38,455 nt of DNA from Octopus bimaculoides (Eukaryota): assembly GCF_001194135.2 (NCBI RefSeq), contig NC_068981.1, positions 85,267,415-85,305,869 on the forward strand, given 5' to 3'. Shown piece after piece: positions 34,521 through 38,455 of this stretch (its first letter is position 1; each line of letters starts with the position of its first letter). Below the pieces are notes generated by a model. The model worked only from the letters and a program-made list of their open reading frames with translations. It made no database searches and was not told the DNA's origin. The position numbers and the translations under genes are program-made.

Positions 34521-34545
34521 CACACACACACACACACACAAACAC
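34200..34545. repeat. Compound GATA/GACA/GGCA, (CT)n and (CA)n microsatellites
   Basis: Direct inspection. Confidence 0.9.
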
Positions 34546-35297
34546 ACCCATACAAGTTAAACTAGTGCGTGTCATGTAACTTACCTTATAAAACAGTCCT
34601 AAATTCTAAACATAGCTATTTTCTGGAATGTAGCTTGTTTTTGTATGGAGGTTTGTTTGTTTGTTTGTTTTTTTTTGTAGACTGCACTTCATCGTTGAAG
34701 TACTAAATGACGAATACTGATCAACTAGATAGTTGAGGGTTAATCGAAATGAACACAAAGTTTCCACCTTCGCAACCTTTATCGCTTTATCTAAAGTTTC
34801 ATATTAACCTATTATCCAATGTCTCTGAGACGCTTTAAAACTTAACCTTTGAAGACGATAGCTTTGACGACCTAAATTATGTAGCCGCTTGGATGGATAA
34901 ACTCTTCTGCAGAGCCTTATTAATTTGAAATTATTATTTGTGCAACAGTCTTGCTTAACGACATTAGATTAACGTAGAGAATGGTGAACAATGTAGTACC
35001 AGATAGAGAAATTAATAGAAATATTGGTTAGTTATACTGGCTTCGGACATGCTAGGGAACTGCCTCCATGGACCTTTAGCCAATTATAGAGATTTTGGTA
35101 CTCATTTCAGTCTGGTAATTTATTTATTTATTTTTATTGTATTGATTTATTTAACTACCATTACCACTACAGCGATTTGTTGTTTTTGCATATTTTTGTA
35201 ACTACAGTGTTGTATGAAAAGCATAAACGCAAACATGGACACATTAAGGGCAAGCACACACACACACACACACAAACACACAATCTCTCTCTCTCAT

Positions 35298-35460
35298 GAC
35301 GGGCTATACCGTTTTCCAAATTCTCTACATAATGCATTGGTCAACGGTCAACACGAGGCGAGGTTTACAATAAAAGACACTTGAACAAGGTTCCTTGCAC
35401 TGGGTACGAACTCAGGCCACCTGGCTACAGCACAAACCTTATCACATTGCAGACATGCCG
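35298..35460 (-). mobile_element. SINE family A 5' half, decayed
   Basis: GACGGGCT..TTTCCAAATTC..AAAAGACACTTGAACAAGGT..TGGGTACGAACTC. Confidence 0.55.
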
Positions 35461-35899
35461 ACGCTGATGGCTAAAACTCCTTCGAGCTTACACCAATTCG
35501 TTGATAGCTAGCCTAAAGATAGGTGAATAGCAACAACAACAATAACGTGACAACAACAGCATTAATATATATGTTCAAGTAAGCAAAAGTACGTGCCTCA
35601 AAAATTCAGAAGCGTAAAAAACACAAAAATACATAAAAATACGCGTAGGTTTAACCACGCATATACATAAAGTTCAGATCTCATAACCGATAACACATCA
35701 AAATAACACGCATCAATTGTCAAATTGTTTTTGCCACGAAGACAAGCGATAGAAAAATGTATCAAGAATAGAATGTATCTTTTGTTCAATATGAGCTTTT
35801 AGTAAATACTTAAATTATGAAGAATCTCCTGAATAGCATGAATAAATGTGAATTAAAATGACATCATGTTACCGTTATCAATATGGGTAAGGAAACGAA

Positions 35900-36020
35900 G
35901 GCGGAGAGCTAGCAGTATCGTTAGCACGCTGAATAAGATGCTTGGCGGTATTTTGTCCGTCTTCATGCTCTGAGTTCAAACTCCGCCGAGGTTGGCTTTG
36001 CCTTTCAGGGGTCGATAATA
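35900..36020 (+). mobile_element. tRNA-derived SINE family B
   Basis: GGCGGAGAGCTAGCAGTATCGTTAGCACG..GAGTTCAAACTCCGCCGAGGTTGGCTTTGCCTTTCAGGGGTCGATAA. Confidence 0.85.
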
Positions 36021-36156
36021 ATATATATATATATATATATATATTATTGTCCTTGGGGATGGTCATATTGCCAGTTTAGCCAATAAAAACACACGCACTG
36101 TATATTTGGTGTTAATTTGCTTCAGCTTTATATTACATTAATCTTAATCTTATTTC

Positions 36157-36201
36157 GGCCAGAGTTCTTTCGTCACACTTCTGTGACCTCATCAGTGGTC
36201 C
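36157..36201 (-). ncRNA. Type I hammerhead ribozyme, intact core, minimal stem III
   Basis: GG(A)CCA | CTGATGA-G | GTCACA-GAAG-TGTGAC | GAAAG-AA-CTC | TGGCC; predicted cleavage between 36162 and 36161. Confidence 0.72.
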
Positions 36202-36357
36202 TTTGTTTCCTTCCTTCTTATGTGTGTCTCACCTTGCTAAATATCAGCTATTTTGTATTCCTATTGTATGTGTCTACGCATGCGTGTCTTTCAATGTGTC
36301 TGTCTTTTGTAAGTGCATGTGTGTATGGGGAGTGTCTGTATCACCTATATTCTCTGT

Positions 36358-37274
36358 NNNNNNNNNNNNNNNNNNNNNNNNNNNNNNNNNNNNNNNNNNN
36401 NNNNNNNNNNNNNNNNNNNNNNNNNNNNNNNNNNNNNNNNNNNNNNNNNNNNNNNNNNNNNNNNNNNNNNNNNNNNNNNNNNNNNNNNNNNNNNNNNNNN
36501 NNNNNNNNNNNNNNNNNNNNNNNNNNNNNNNNNNNNNNNNNNNNNNNNNNNNNNNNNNNNNNNNNNNNNNNNNNNNNNNNNNNNNNNNNNNNNNNNNNNN
36601 NNNNNNNNNNNNNNNNNNNNNNNNNNNNNNNNNNNNNNNNNNNNNNNNNNNNNNNNNNNNNNNNNNNNNNNNNNNNNNNNNNNNNNNNNNNNNNNNNNNN
36701 NNNNNNNNNNNNNNNNNNNNNNNNNNNNNNNNNNNNNNNNNNNNNNNNNNNNNNNNNNNNNNNNNNNNNNNNNNNNNNNNNNNNNNNNNNNNNNNNNNNN
36801 NNNNNNNNNNNNNNNNNNNNNNNNNNNNNNNNNNNNNNNNNNNNNNNNNNNNNNNNNNNNNNNNNNNNNNNNNNNNNNNNNNNNNNNNNNNNNNNNNNNN
36901 NNNNNNNNNNNNNNNNNNNNNNNNNNNNNNNNNNNNNNNNNNNNNNNNNNNNNNNNNNNNNNNNNNNNNNNNNNNNNNNNNNNNNNNNNNNNNNNNNNNN
37001 NNNNNNNNNNNNNNNNNNNNNNNNNNNNNNNNNNNNNNNNNNNNNNNNNNNNNNNNNNNNNNNNNNNNNNNNNNNNNNNNNNNNNNNNNNNNNNNNNNNN
37101 NNNNNNNNNNNNNNNNNNNNNNNNNNNNNNNNNNNNNNNNNNNNNNNNNNNNNNNNNNNNNNNNNNNNNNNNNNNNNNNNNNNNNNNNNNNNNNNNNNNN
37201 NNNNNNNNNNNNNNNNNNNNNNNNNNNNNNNNNNNNNNNNNNNNNNNNNNNNNNNNNNNNNNNNNNNNNNNNNA
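36358..37274. other. Assembly gap (917 N)
   Basis: N run. Confidence 1.
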
Positions 37275-37636
37275 GTCCTTTCTATGGTGTTCCATGATTT
37301 GCTCCTATAGAGTGGGCAAATCCCATTCCTATCGTTGCGTTTGATTGTTTCAAACTTCTTCATAGCTCCTTTGTATACCCTGATCCTTTCTTTATGGTTG
37401 TAACCTGAGAACTGCATGCGGTGGACGAAATGTTGTATATGTCTCTTTAATTCTGTAGAGTCGCACATGCAGGAGACATTTCGCATTACTTTGACGAGGT
37501 CTGCCATCAATATGTTGAATTTGGCATTGTCCGCAATAGCCGAGTTCCGGTGGATCAGGTATTTGGATGCCATAGGTTTTGTATAGTGTGAATGGAGGAT
37601 TCTGGTTTTATTGTTCTTAGTTTCTAGCCAGAGTTC
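37275..37636 (-). pseudogene. Penelope-like element RT thumb/linker; open frame running into the gap, 5'-truncated
   Basis: ELWLE..ILHSHYTKPMASKYLIHRNSAI..K.NILMADLVKVMRNVS..HFVHRMQFSGY..R..VY..A..DRNGICPLYRSKSW, a remembered PLE signature. No stop over about 120 codons. Confidence 0.85.
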
Positions 37637-37812
37637 AGTATATATATATATAATGTATGTGTCTATGTGTGAATGACACATTTGAGTATGTGCCGATGTA
37701 TGCATATATGTATGTATGTGCGTGTGTTCGTGTCTGTGTGTTTGCCCGTCCACCGCACTTGATTATCGGCGTTATATATACATATATATATACATATATA
37801 CACGTGTGGGGG

Positions 37813-37829
37813 NNNNNNNNNNNNNNNNN
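37813..37829. other. Short assembly gap in a poly-G run
   Basis: N run. Confidence 1.
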
Positions 37830-37899
37830 GGGGGGGGGGGGGAATAATACATTTCTAAATCTCTCAGTGAGATTTATGCAGTAGTGATACGATAATGTT

Positions 37900-38211
37900 G
37901 TTGTATACTGTCAACTTAATGTGACAATCCCATAAAAGGAATAATACTACTACTATTTAGCCCTAGGAAGCAGCACCGCTTCTTGTCAGCCTTGACACAT
38001 TTCCTGTATCCTTATGTTTACAAGGGGGAGATAAGCACCTCCACCCAGCTAAGCCAGCATCCAGAAACTAGTTTCTGAGTCATTGCTGGTCTTCAGCCTG
38101 GAGTAGCATAGCTGGCTAGTTGGAGATGCCTATCTAACCCTTGTAAACATGTTTATTCTAGTAGTATTATTCCCTTCATGTGACTATCACATTAAGTTGA
38201 CAGCATACAGC
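37900..38211. mobile_element. Foldback/MITE, symmetric along most of its length
   Basis: 53-bp TIRs 37900-37952 / 38159-38211 with seven mismatches; inner pair ATGTTTACAAGGG/CCCTTGTAAACAT; perfect central palindrome CAGAAACTAGTTTCTG at 38062-38077. Confidence 0.88.
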
Positions 38212-38235
38212 TACTTTATATATATATATAATTAT

Positions 38236-38430
38236 TCTTTTACTTATTTCACTCATTTGACTGGGGCCATGCTGGAGCACCGCCTGAAAGGGTTTTTAGT
38301 CGAAGAAATCGACCCTTGTAGGCCTAGTACTCATTCTATCGGTCTCTTTTGCCGGACCGTTAAATTACAAGGACGTAAACACACCAACATCGGGGGTGGA
38401 GGGAATAAACAGATACAAAAACACGCACAC
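38236..38430 (-). mobile_element. SINE family A 3' half; the window ends in its internal microsatellite
   Basis: CATTTGACTGGGGCCATGCTGGAGCACCGCC..GTACTCATTCTATCGGTCTCTTTTGCCG..GGACGTAAACACACC. Confidence 0.85.
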
Positions 38431-38455
38431 ACACACACATATATATATATATATA

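Noticed and set aside
1-38455. CRISPR arrays, prokaryotic operons, true tRNA or rRNA genes
   Set aside because: No repeat-spacer arrays. The tRNA-like A/B boxes all belong to SINE heads that continue into SINE bodies and do not form full cloverleaves.

Overview
AT-rich, microsatellite-rich eukaryotic DNA with seven assembly gaps and no intact protein-coding gene, rRNA or tRNA gene that I can support. The SINE families and repeat style look like an Octopus genome; this is inferred from recalled sequence, with no database search. Almost all recognisable coding sequence is decayed transposable element: Tx1/L1-like LINE pieces (endonuclease 4475-4990; RT to 3' end 29262-31950; 3' end 12241-12620), R4/Dong-like pieces (3120-3547), an internally deleted RTE LINE (17790-18950), two Penelope-like element (PLE) RT relics (21830-22340; 37275-37636), and two Tc1 transposons. 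There are also several MITE/foldback elements and more than 15 SINE copies. The most interesting signal is a set of hammerhead-ribozyme (HHR) motifs from several unrelated repeat families. Two have fully intact catalytic cores (15243-15302 minus, 36157-36201 minus). Others are near-intact or decayed (8395-8434, 20551-20577, 22498-22552). Several sit in outward-facing inverted pairs, and two lie just 3' of PLE RT relics. HHRs in PLE pseudo-LTRs are established in general; whether these octopus modules, especially the 152-bp two-polarity foldback at 15225-15376, are described or active needs checking. All folds were paired by eye and all protein similarities come from remembered motifs.
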